The translations under genes were made by a program, and so were the position numbers. A stretch of DNA of 64,000 nt, taken from the NCBI GenBank assembly GCA_043228905.1, contig JBHGNT010000002.1, forward strand, positions 7,874,001 through 7,938,000, given 5' to 3'. The notes below the pieces were generated by a model. The model searched no databases. It had not been told where the DNA came from and saw only the letters and a program-made list of their open reading frames with translations. Each line of letters starts with the position of its first letter. Position 1 is the stretch's first letter. This DNA is from Azolla caroliniana. Taxonomy: Eukaryota; Plantae; Polypodiophyta. This document shows positions 39,101-48,404 of the stretch, piece after piece.

Positions 39101-39766
39101 ATGATGAGGAAGTGTGTTGGCTTGTACTTTATCGAACACATCAGCATACTGACGATACTTCTCGGGAAGTTGAACGGTGGACTCCTCTTTGGTGGTGCTG
39201 GAGGGTTGTACTGATATTGCAAAGAGAAACATTTCCTCCTTGCGCCCTTCCTCACGCAACTGACGTAGCGAAATGGTTGCAACCTTCTGGGTAGATCCTT
39301 GGGTTTGTCGCAACCGGATTTCCCTTGTCCTCCAATCTATGTCTGGGTCATGTAACTCGAACCATGGTAATCCTAAAACTATGGGATGTTCTGGAATACT
39401 AATAATATTAAATGATACTACACATTTTAAGTTATCTAGGACAATATTAACGGGTTCCGACTCTTCTATGATATTACCAGAAGCAATGGGACGACCATCA
39501 ATGACTACTACTGAGGCTGGACATGGGAGCTTTCTTAGAGATATCTGATGAGCTCGGGCAAAATTCCTATCCATGAAGCAAGAATTAGCTCCGGAATCTA
39601 GAAGGGCTAAGGTATGTACTGGAGGGGTACTTTTAGTACTAACTGCTACTTGGACTACGAACACATCACTAACTTGCTTAGAGGGAATGGAACCACTAAT
39701 GGGCTGCACAGATCTAGGGCTGTCCAACCAAACGGCTCCTATTTTGGCTGGACTTAGTCGTTTAAC
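36170..39766 (-). CDS. pol: C1 pol: aspartic protease, RT, RNase H, integrase, chromodomain (reached by -1 frameshift from gag)
   Basis: ALLDSGA, YLDD, IEADASD, H2C2 finger, SDRGPQF...HPQTDGQAE, GPF, and chromodomain EYEVAAILDS...YLVDWLGY...TWEP; over 1185 codons without a stop; the stop lies inside the 3' LTR. Confidence 0.95.
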   Translation of the reverse strand, partial: VKRLSPAKIGAVWLDSPRSVQPISGSIPSKQVSDVFVVQVAVSTKSTPPVHTLALLDSGANSCFMDRNFARAHQISLRKLPCPASVVVIDGRPIASGNIIEESEPVNIVLDNLKCVVSFNIISIPEHPIVLGLPWFELHDPDIDWRTREIRLRQTQGSTQKVATISLRQLREEGRKEEMFLFAISVQPSSTTKEESTVQLPEKYRQYADVFDKVQANTLPHHRPYDCAIDLQPGKEPPWGPIYNLSPTELEVLRAYIEENLENGFIRHSKSPAGAPIFFVKKKDGSLRLVVDYRGLNKVTVRNRYALPLISSLLERINGARFFTKIDLRGAYNLVRIRPGDEWKTAFRTRYGHFEYTVMPFGLTNAPAVFQHMANDIFRDLLDDFLIIYLDDLLVYSKTQEEHDSHVLLVLKRLREHGLYAKLEKCSFGCNQVEFLGYVISSEGISMDPAKVKTVIEWHTPRSVRDVQCFLGFANFYRKFIQNYSKIVLPLTQLTRKGQSFIWSKETDMAFESLKKAFTSAPILGHVDPEKPFIIEADASDFALGSILSQQGNDEKLHPVAFHSRKFDAAEINYEIHDKELLAIVDSFMQWRHFLEGSPHQVTVFSDHKNLAYFQDARVLNRRQARWAHFLTRFDFKITYRPGKHQGKADALSRRSYLTPRPGEPAFDNQKQVILGPARLQAAQIFDMPVDSDITNTIREDLKTDAFAQAILAQIDPSRASCSQSQSPGTDYRQFKYCDGLLFFKELLYVPNGSCRLRVVQNCHDTYTAGHFGSTKTLDLVQRSFWWPRMRQFVEDFVRTCDTCCRAKMPRHHPYGLLEPLPIPSKPWQSIALDFITDLPVSKGFSAILTVVDRYTKMAHFLPCTKEISSEDTAEIVMREVCRHHGLPDNIISDRGPQFVSKFWKHLFKMLKVTCNLSSGYHPQTDGQAERTNQTLEQYLRCFLNYHQNDWADILPFAEFAYNNAIHASTKVTPFYAYTGYHPRWCVLETPEVSTNPYAEDRLERLRKIQADLSTQLQQAQQSHKDYADRHRLPSSFNIGDRVWLLRRHIKTTRPCEKLDYRRLGPFRIIGKINDVAFRLELPPQLRIHPVFHSSLLEPYHESTIPGRTIQPPPPIELEDGPEYEVAAILDSKIVRNKLYYLVDWLGYSPSERTWEPIENVTNARALLEDFHRRYPEKPGPQSKTTRETRRFKGGIVS
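39722..39766 (-). promoter_or_regulatory. Predicted -1 programmed ribosomal frameshift signal
   Basis: Slippery G_TTA_AAC (39766-39760) in the gag frame, 6-nt spacer, 11-bp stem gtccagccaaa/tttggttggac; pol is in the -1 frame and open from this site. Confidence 0.8.
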
Positions 39767-40923
39767 TCTTCTTCTAATTGGCTAAGGACATCAAATTTGT
39801 TTGCGAGATTCGGACTATTAGTACTATTAGGACTATTCTGACTATGAGGATTATCAGAGATTCCTACTGACATAGACTCGGGTTTAGTATAGTCGGAACT
39901 AACAATGACTTGGTTTACCTGCCTTCTTGGTCTATGGGGACAGTTTATCGCGATATGCCCTGGTCCACCGCAATAAAGGCATAATCGGTTTGTTCGGCGT
40001 CGTTGCTTTTCCTCCTCCGATAGCGGCCCACGACGACGTGTAGTGTCAATTTCCATTGGAGTTGGAGTACTTACTGGAGGCGCATTATGTGACTCCCTTT
40101 GAACAGGTTTCGCTACCATTGAGGCATAGGTAGGCTCGGATCTTGCCCTCGGCATCTGAAATTGTCGTTCCGAACGTCGCTCGAAGAGGCGGTTGTCACA
40201 TCTGACCGCTCGACTGATTGCTTCTGTTAATGATTTTGGCTCTTCAGGGAAAGTCAAGAGTAAATCCTTGACATCGTTGCGTAGACCATAGCGGAACTGC
40301 TCCATCAATGCTTGATCATCCCAGGGGATATCGGCGGCGAGTAGGCGGAAATCTGCAGCATATGCGGAGGCTGGACGGTCACCTTGGCGTAATCGCCGGA
40401 TTTTGTTGATTGCAGTCCTTATGCTGTCAGTATCTCCAAAACATGCTTTAAACTCACTTATGAATTCTTCAAAATTATTTAGTACTGGAGATTCCTTTTC
40501 TAGTAGCGGTGCGAACCATGCTAATGCTGAGCCAGTTAACAACGTGCCTACTAAACCCACTCGTGATGCATCGGTGGGATATCGGGACGGATGCATTTGA
40601 ATAACTAACCGTACCTGGTTAAGAAACCCTCTAAACTGCGATCGCGTTCCATCGAACTTCGTGGGAAGGCCAATCTTGGGTTCTTTATGAATCCCTTGTG
40701 CTCCGTGCCCTTGTTGTTGCATTGCTACGATGGTTGCTTCGAGTTGTTGCACGCGTAACGCAAGTTCCCCATGCTGTTGTTGCGTTTGCTGCTTTTCTAA
40801 GGAAATTTGCTGAAGATCCCCCAACAAGCGTTGATTTTCTTGTTCCAAAGCATGAAACTTCTCTTTCAAGCATTGAAATTCCGAGAAAACGGATTGATAC
40901 TCTTCAGCGCTAACGGTGGCCAT
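39754..40923 (-). CDS. gag: C1 gag (coiled coil, capsid domain, CCHC knuckle), 389 aa
   Basis: PTKFDGTRSQFRGF...LRQG...FRYGL...PTPMEID...CLYCGGPGHIAINC; intact ORF. Confidence 0.95.
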   Translation of the reverse strand: MATVSAEEYQSVFSEFQCLKEKFHALEQENQRLLGDLQQISLEKQQTQQQHGELALRVQQLEATIVAMQQQGHGAQGIHKEPKIGLPTKFDGTRSQFRGFLNQVRLVIQMHPSRYPTDASRVGLVGTLLTGSALAWFAPLLEKESPVLNNFEEFISEFKACFGDTDSIRTAINKIRRLRQGDRPASAYAADFRLLAADIPWDDQALMEQFRYGLRNDVKDLLLTFPEEPKSLTEAISRAVRCDNRLFERRSERQFQMPRARSEPTYASMVAKPVQRESHNAPPVSTPTPMEIDTTRRRGPLSEEEKQRRRTNRLCLYCGGPGHIAINCPHRPRRQVNQVIVSSDYTKPESMSVGISDNPHSQNSPNSTNSPNLANKFDVLSQLEEELND

Positions 40924-40999
40924 GGGATGAAGGAAAAGGGAAATAAGAGACTAGTAGGAAAGGAGAGAGACAGAAGGAAGAGGGAGACTAGTAGGAGGG

Positions 41000-41011
41000 A
41001 AATCGGTTCAA
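41000..41011 (-). other. Non-tRNA (self-priming) PBS of C1
   Basis: Minus strand TTGAACCGATTT, 2 nt after the 5' LTR, no TGG; exactly complementary to AAATCGGTTCAA at 41273-41262 in the LTR. Confidence 0.85.
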
Positions 41012-41013
41012 AC

Positions 41014-41146
41014 TGTCAGGAACTCTATTAAGGCAGAGAAGGAATTAGTACTAAAAGAAGGATTAGTACTATTGTTGGGGAATAGTACTAAGACAGAGAA
41101 GGATTAGTACTATGAGAGGTGTCGAACTTTGAGAGAAGGAATGAGT

Positions 41147-41192
<46 letters not shown>

Positions 41193-41480
41193 TGATGCGA
41201 AAGATATATGTATTATCTGACGGAAGATATACAACAGTAGTTAGAAGGCTTAAGACTGGCGTTGAACCGATTTGGTTCGAACTAATGCCTTGCGCCTCCT
41301 TTTATAGTGTCTTCAGGAATACTCCTGAAGTTTCTAGAATGTTCCAGAGAAATCTGGAATATACATCAATTTCCTAATAAAACCTAAATGAAAATAATCC
41401 TTCAAATTACAACTCATAACCTAATGGTAAAGTCTCGACCCGTGTAACAAAAGGTTATGGGTTCGAGTCTAGTTATGACA
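41014..41480 (-). repeat. C1 5' LTR (467 bp), TATA box at 41306-41300
   Basis: TG...CA termini; TATAAAA on the minus strand about 33 nt upstream of the PBS-complementary 12-mer. Confidence 0.95.
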
Positions 41481-43459
41481 ACGACGAGGATACGTGAACG
41501 TTGAGGCAAGACCCCGGGCCTTTGTCTAAAGGATATCAAATTCGTGTATTTATATACTAAGAATTAACCGAAATGAGAAAGATTAACAAATTTCATTAAT
41601 AAAAGGGAAAGAAAGATTACAATCAATCCCAAGATTGGGATTACAAAAGTTTTATCTTATGGAGATTATTAGAATAATAGATTAGAGGAAATAAGAGATT
41701 ATGATTCTTGAGTGATATGGCTTTGACAAGGAATTTTGGATTTTGAGAGATTGCTTCCGTATGGAAATTATGGTTTACTTGAGATTCCGCTTCCCGGTGT
41801 CGCGAAAATACGACGAGGATACGTGAACGTTGAGGCAAGACCCCGGGCCTTTGTCTAAAGGATATCAAATTCGTGTATTTATATACTAAGAATTAACCGA
41901 AATGAGAAAGATTAACAAATTTCATTAATAAAAGGGAAAGAAAGATTACAATCAATCCCAAGATTGGGATTACAAAAGTTTTATCTTATGGAGATTATTA
42001 GAATAATAGATTAGAGGAAATAAGAGATTATGATTCTTGAGTGATATGGCTTTGACAAGGAATTTTGGATTTTGAGAGATTGCTTCCGTATGGAAATTAT
42101 GGTTTACTTGAGATTCCGCTTCCCGGTGTCGCGAAAATACGACGAGGATACGTGAACGTTGAGGCAAGACCCCGGGCCTTTGTCTAAAGGATATCAAATT
42201 CGTGTATTTATATACTAAGAATTAACCGAAATGAGAAAGATTAACAAATTTCATTAATAAAAGGGAAAGAAAGATTACAATCAATCCCAAGATTGGGATT
42301 ACAAAAGTTTTATCTTATGGAGATTATTAGAATAATAGATTAGAGGAAATAAGAGATTATGATTCTTGAGTGATATGGCTTTGACAAGGAATTTTGGATT
42401 TTGAGAGATTGCTTCCGTATGGAAATTATGGTTTACTTGAGATTCCGCTTCCCGGTGTCGCGAAAATACGACGAGGATACGTGAACGTTGAGGCAAGACC
42501 CCGGGCCTTTGTCTAAAGGATATCAAATTCGTGTATTTATATACTAAGAATTAACCGAAATGAGAAAGATTAACAAATTTCATTAATAAAAGGGAAAGAA
42601 AGATTACAATCAATCCCAAGATTGGGATTACAAAAGTTTTATCTTATGGAGATTATTAGAATAATAGATTAGAGGAAATAAGAGATTATGATTCTTGAGT
42701 GATATGGCTTTGACAAGGAATTTTGGATTTTGAGAGATTGCTTCCGTATGGAAATTATGGTTTACTTGAGATTCCGCTTCCCGGTGTCGCGAAAATACGA
42801 CGAGGATACGTGAACGTTGAGGCAAGACCCCGGGCCTTTGTCTAAAGGATATCAAATTCGTGTATTTATATACTAAGAATTAACCGAAATGAGAAAGATT
42901 AACAAATTTCATTAATAAAAGGGAAAGAAAGATTACAATCAATCCCAAGATTGGGATTACAAAAGTTTTATCTTATGGAGATTATTAGAATAATAGATTA
43001 GAGGAAATAAGAGATTATGATTCTTGAGTGATATGGCTTTGACAAGGAATTTTGGATTTTGAGAGATTGCTTCCGTATGGAAATTATGGTTTACTTGAGA
43101 TTCCGCTTCCCGGTGTCGCGAAAATACGACGAGGATACGTGAACGTTGAGGCAAGACCCCGGGCCTTTGTCTAAAGGATATCAAATTCGTGTATTTATAT
43201 ACTAAGAATTAACCGAAATGAGAAAGATTAACAAATTTCATTAATAAAAGGGAAAGAAAGATTACAATCAATCCCAAGATTGGGATTACAAAAGTTTTAT
43301 CTTATGGAGATTATTAGAATAATAGATTAGAGGAAATAAGAGATTATGATTCTTGAGTGATATGGCTTTGACAAGGAATTTTGGATTTTGAGAGATTGCT
43401 TCCGTATGGAAATTATGGTTTACTTGAGATTCCGCTTCCCGGTGTCGCGAAAATACGAC
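41481..43459. repeat. 329-bp tandem satellite, right block: 6 monomer lengths plus 5-bp TSD
   Basis: 1979 bp = 6 x 329 + 5; same monomer as the left block. Confidence 0.97.
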
Positions 43460-44055
43460 TGTCAGGAACTCTATTAAGGCAGAGAAGGAATTAGTACTAA
43501 AAGAAGGATTAGTACTATTGTTGGGGAATAGTACTAAGACAGAGAAGGATTAGTACTATGAGAGGTGTCGAACTTTGAGAGAAGGAATGAGTGAGTGAGA
43601 GAGAGAGAGAGAGAGAGAGAGAATGATGATGCGAAAGATATATGTATTATCTGACGGAAGATATACAACAGTAGTTAGAAGGCTTAAGACTGGCGTTGAA
43701 CCGATTTGGTTCGAACTAATGCCTTGCGCCTCCTTTTATAGTGTCTTCAGGAATACTCCTGAAGTTTCTAGAATGTTCCAGAGAAATCTGGAATATACAT
43801 CAATTTCCTAATAAAATCTAAATGAAAATAATATCCTTCAAATTACAACTCATAACCTAATGGTAAAGTCTCGACCCGTGTAACAAAAGGTTATGGGTTC
43901 GAGTCTAGTTATGACACTATCCCCCCTTTAAAACGACGAGTTTCACGAGTCGTTTTGGATTGAGGACCCGGTTTCTCGGGATATCGTCGATGGAAGTCTT
44001 CTAGAAGAGCACGAGCATTGGTCACATTCTCGATCGGTTCCCAAGTACGCTCGCT
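43460..44055 (-). mobile_element. Truncated chromovirus copy C2: 3' LTR (43460-43916), PPT and the end of the chromodomain
   Basis: Nearly identical to 35705-36316, (GA)13; preceded by the same ...aaatacgac flank as C1. Confidence 0.95.
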
Positions 44056-44066
44056 CGATCGGTTCC

Positions 44067-44535
44067 GTTGCCGGTTTTGCTTGCCGGCTGGTTCCGATTC
44101 CAATTTTGCTTTGCTGGCCGGTTTCCGGTTTTGCTTGCTTGCCGGTTCCGGTTCCGGTTTTGCTTGCCGACCGGTTCCGGTTTTGCATACCGGCCGGTTT
44201 CCGTATTTGTTTACCGGCCGGTTTCTGGTTTTAGGGAATTTGGCCACCATCATCCATCAAGACAAAGTGGCCAAATGAAAAATGAAAAATGAGGGAGCTC
44301 AAGGTGTTTATATAGCCAGCGCCTTAACTTTCCTATCTATGTGGGTTAGTTCTAATTTTCCTATCTTCTCAAACTTTATTTTCTCATAACTTGATATGTA
44401 TTTCTCCATTTTGTATATAGTGAAAAACATTTTGAAGCTCTTGAGTATATCCATCTTTCTATAATACTCTACTAATCTAATCTATAATAATTATTTCATT
44501 ATTTTTTTACATAGTGTGTGAAGATTCACACGACA
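44067..44535 (-). repeat. A2 3' LTR remainder, begins inside the CCGGTT tract
   Basis: Homologous to 47930-48404 and ends in cacacgaca. Confidence 0.88.
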
Positions 44536-44647
44536 TTCGCCCCCACCAGACCTGCACATCCACCGGTATGTGCCAATTTTGGTGAGGATTCATTTTTGTT
44601 TACTTTAATTTTTCGTTGATGTACCCGAATCGCCATTGCCATCCGAT

Positions 44648-46483
44648 TCACCATATTCTTCGCTTAATTTGTGCATTTCCATGACTGATTGTCATGGCTC
44701 CCTTTTCTCCTCTAGAGCATAATGCTTCACTCCTTATGCATGTGCCACCTTCATCTCGGCCATCTCCTTGGTCATATAATTTTCTCTTATCATTCTTTCT
44801 TGTTCCATGCATGTCTTTCAAAAGCCTTATCGAAATACTATTCTTGAGTACTCTTAGCAATTCGTTCTTTAGCGGCATGCTCTCCGTTAGGTCCTTAAGT
44901 GACCACATCGCATGCTTCCCACTTTGTCCACTTTTGTGGTATACTGTCATCTTTGAGTTGACTATGACTTCTACACTAGTATTATCCTTGTTAGATTTTG
45001 TGATCACATCTTTCATATCCGCTTGGCCCACTTGGCCCATATCTTTGCTTTTCGAGGTTTGCTTGGTCTCTTTGTCACACACATTAGCTTTTGTCTTCGC
45101 GCTTTGCTTGACTTCTTTGTCGCACGCATGGACTTTCATCATTTTGCTTTGCTTTACTTCCTTGTTGCACACATTGGCTTTAACCCTTGCTTCCTCGCCG
45201 CCATCGTCCTTCGCTTGGGTCTTACATCGATTAATGCCCAAGTCTCTCAAACGAGTGTGGAGAAATTTTGTAGTTTGGCATTGCCTTTGTCGTGCTACTC
45301 TTTGCCACTTCCACCTTATGGTTGTTCGTGTTGGCGTTGATCTTTGTTTTCTCACCGCCACCTTCCGTCTCTTGGGTCTTACATCGGTTAATGCCCAAGT
45401 CTCAAGAACCTTTGTGGGGAGAGTCTCTTCATCATCATCGTCTACCCTCTTTGACTTGACGTCTCCTTCTTCTTTGCATGTGTTAGCCTCAGCCTTCACT
45501 TCCTCGCCGCCACCTTCTGTCTCTTGGGTCTCACGTTTGCTTTCCGACGCATCTGCCCAACTCTCTAGAACAAGTGTGGAGAAAGTCTTGACACGGCCAT
45601 CCGCCATTGACTCGTCCATAGCCATATCTGACTCGATGTCGTTTTTCGTGGCTATCTCCTCAATCATGTCGGCCTCACACTTTTTATCTCCCTCGATCAT
45701 GGAAGCTTTGCTCATGCTAGCATCTTCATCACTTGATGTTTCAGACACGATGTGTGTTCTGAAACATTTGTCTTCTCTTGAAGTGGCATTTGCCATCCTC
45801 AATTCATTTGTTTCATTCTTCATCATTCTTTCTTTGCATGATGAGAAGGTCTCTTGTTCCACACCTTCTTCCGTGGTTACATCGTGGTACCGAACCCGGG
45901 CCTTTGTATCAAGTGTAATATTAATCCGCATTTGTTGGGAGGCCTCTTCGTCCTCGCTCATCATTTGCTTCAGTTTTTGCTCCTTTTGAAGCTTCTCTTC
46001 AGCCTCAACTTGTGCCTTTAAGTTCTCGAATGCCTCTTCCATCAAGACTTCTATGTCGAGTATTGTCGAACCTTCCCTCTTCGAGTTTTCTTCTTTAGGT
46101 GGTAGTTTGTAGTTGCTTCCCGTCCTCTTTTCACCATCCCTAGTACGTTGTGTTGTCACCGATGAGAATCTTGCCTTCCTCTCATCGTGAAGTCAACATA
46201 CTCTTTCCACTTTCGTCCAATCTTCTGTGAGGCCATTTGCACCATCGTCATCTTCAAGTCGGATTCCAATGGCATTCCTTTCCTTCTGGTCTATCCATTT
46301 CACAAACATTAGGACTTTTTCCACCCCCACCAATCTTTGATCCCGCTCCGAGAGTTGTGCAGAGCGACACTCGAACTCAACGAAAGCATGCATGGCACTT
46401 TGGTGGGTCTTTAATGATGATACCCATTGATTGAACTCGTATAGTTTGCATCTCTTCGGTTCTTTGTATCTATATGCCTCCAT
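44648..46483 (-). pseudogene. A2 single ORF (~611 aa, one in-frame TGA): Gag-derived N-terminus fused to a charged, repetitive region of unknown function
   Basis: ORFs 46193-46483 and 44648-46159 are in the same frame. The N-terminus aligns to A1 and B gag (KVLMFVKWIDQKER...GLTEDWTKVERVC versus RVLLFVKSVD...GLTTDWAAVKRVC). Confidence 0.7.
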
Positions 46484-46506
46484 GAGATATCCTCCTACCG
46501 CCTCGT

Positions 46507-46524
46507 TTCACGTCGGGTTCACCA
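46507..46524 (-). other. PBS, 18-nt match to tRNA-Trp 3' end (A2)
   Basis: Plus strand ttcacgtcgggttcacca. Confidence 0.9.
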
Positions 46525-46528
46525 AAGA

Positions 46529-48404
46529 TGTCGCGAAAATACGACGAGGATACGTGAACGTTGAGGCAAGACCCCGAGCCTTTGACTAAAGGATATCAAA
46601 TTCGTGTATTTATATACTAAGAATTAACCGAAATGAGAAAGATTAACAAATTTCATTAATAAAAGGGAAAGAAAGATTACAATCAATCCCAAGATTGGGA
46701 TTACAAAAGTTTTATCTTATGGAGATTATTAGAATAATAGATTAGAGGAAATAAGAGATTATGATTCTTGAGTGATATGGCTTTGACAAGGAATTTTGGA
46801 TTTTGAGAGATTGCTTCCGTATGGAAATTATGGTTTACTTGAGAGATAGCTTCCGTAGGGAAGATTAGGGTTATTGGCTTCGATAAGATAAGAGAGCTCC
46901 CCAAAGAAAAGAAAAGAAATTTAGATAATATGGAGAGTCCTTCGTGTCGGAAAAAAAATGGAATAAATATGGAGTTCTCCCTTGATCATAGCCTTTCCAC
47001 TTTTTGTTGCATGGCCTCTACTTTTAGTTGCCTAGCTTTTTCTTTTGGTTGCATGTGACTGTCCACATGACCTTTACTTTTTCCATGCACTCCCTTCTTT
47101 AGTTGCTTGCGTCCACATGGCCTTTACTTTAGTTCTCTTCACTTTACTTTAGCTTGTTGCATGATCCAATCTTTCGTCCGGTAGCCGGTTCCATTTTGCT
47201 TGCCGGTCGGTTCCGGTTCCGGTTTTGCTTGCCGGCCGGTTCCTGTTTTGCTTACCGGCCGGTTTCCGATTTTGCTTGCCGACCGGTTCCGGTTCCGGTT
47301 TTGCTTGCCGGTCGGTTCCGGTTTTGCTTACCGGCCGGTTTCCGGTTTTGCTTGCCTGCCGGTTCCGGTTTTGCTTACCGGCCGGTTTCCGGTTTTGCTT
47401 GCCGGCCGGTTCCGGTTTGCTTGCCGACCGGTTCCGGTTTTGCATACCGACCGGTTTCCAGATTTGTTTATCGGCCGGCTTCCGGTTTTAGGGAATTTGG
47501 CCACCATCATCCATCAAGACAAAGTTGCCAAAGTGCTCTTAGCACAAATGAAAAATGAGGGAGCTCAAGGTGTTTATATAGCCAGCGCCACATGACCATC
47601 CACATGACCTTTACTTTTTGCATGCACTCCAACTTTAGTTGCTTGCGTCCACATGGCCTTTACTTTAGTTCTCTTCACTTTACTTTAGTTTGTTGCATGA
47701 TCCAATCTTTCGTCCGTCCGCGTCCAACCTCGTCTGGTAGCCAGTTCCATTTTGCTTGCCGGCCGGTTCTGGTTCCGGTTTGCTTGCCGGTTCCGGTTCC
47801 GATTCCGGTTTTGCTTACCGGCCGGTTTCCGGTTTGCATACCAACTGGTTTCCGGTGCCAGTTTGCTTGCCGGTTCCGATTCCAATTCCGGTTTTGCTTA
47901 CCGGCCGGTTTCCGGTTTGCATACCAACCGGTTTCCGGTGCCAGTTTGCTTGCCGGTTCCGGTTCCAATTTTGCTTACCAGCCGGTTTCCGGTTTGCATA
48001 CAGGCCGGTTTCCAGATTTGCTTACCAGACCGATTTCCGGATTTGCTTAGCGGCCGGTTTCCGTATTTGTTTACCGGCCGGTTTCCGGTTTTAGGGAATT
48101 AGGCCACCATCATCCATCAAGACAAAGTGGCCAAAGTGCTCTTAGCACAAATGAAAAATGAGGGAGCTCAAGGTGTTTATATAGCCAGCGCCTTAACTTT
48201 CCTATCTATGTGGGATAGTTCTAATTTCCCTATCTTCTCAAACTTTATTTTCTCATAACTTGATATGTATTTCTCCATTTTGTATATAGTAAAAAACGTT
48301 TTGAAGCTCTTGAGTATATCCATCTTTCTATAATACTCTACTAATCTAATCTATAATAAATATTTCATTATTTTTTTACATAGTGTGTGAAGATTCACAC
48401 GACA
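46529..48404 (-). repeat. A2 5' LTR (1876 bp) with internal tandem duplication ~47051-47589 / 47590-48192
   Basis: tgtcg...cgaca termini; the segment from ccacatgaccttt to tttatatagccagcgcc is present twice. Confidence 0.9.

Larger units (their letters stand above)
35705..41480 (-). mobile_element. Intact chromovirus C1 (Ty3/gypsy, Tcn1/Tf1-sushi-like), 5-bp TSD ACGAC
   Basis: LTRs 35705-36177 and 41014-41480 (tgtca...tgaca), TSD acgac at 35700-35704 and 41481-41485, uninterrupted gag and pol, PPT AAAGGGGGGATAG at 36178-36190. Confidence 0.97.
28450..48404 (-). mobile_element. Non-autonomous family-A element A2 (no pol), 4-bp TSD CCGG; its 3' LTR carries the satellite and the chromovirus insertions
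   Basis: LTR starts tgtcg at 28450 and the 5' LTR ends cgaca at 48404; ccgg at 28446-28449 and 48405-48408. 3' LTR remainder ~44067-44535, PPT-like 44536-44550, PBS 46507-46524; 3' UTR shared with A1. Confidence 0.85.

Noticed and set aside
28622-43184. 26 copies of a 75-aa ORF suggesting a tandem gene array
   Set aside because: The ORF starts at a non-ATG codon, crosses the LTR/host junction and is a by-product of the 329-bp repeat; no domain is recognisable.
28435-43459. CRISPR array or 5S rDNA array
   Set aside because: No unique spacers or cas genes and no 5S sequence; the monomer is fully explained by LTR plus flank.
44694-45989. 431-aa plus-strand ORF
   Set aside because: S/L/F-rich antisense shadow of the E/K-rich minus-strand ORF.
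46507-46524. tRNA-Trp gene fragment
   Set aside because: Only the 3' 18 nt including CCA, adjacent to an LTR; this is a PBS.
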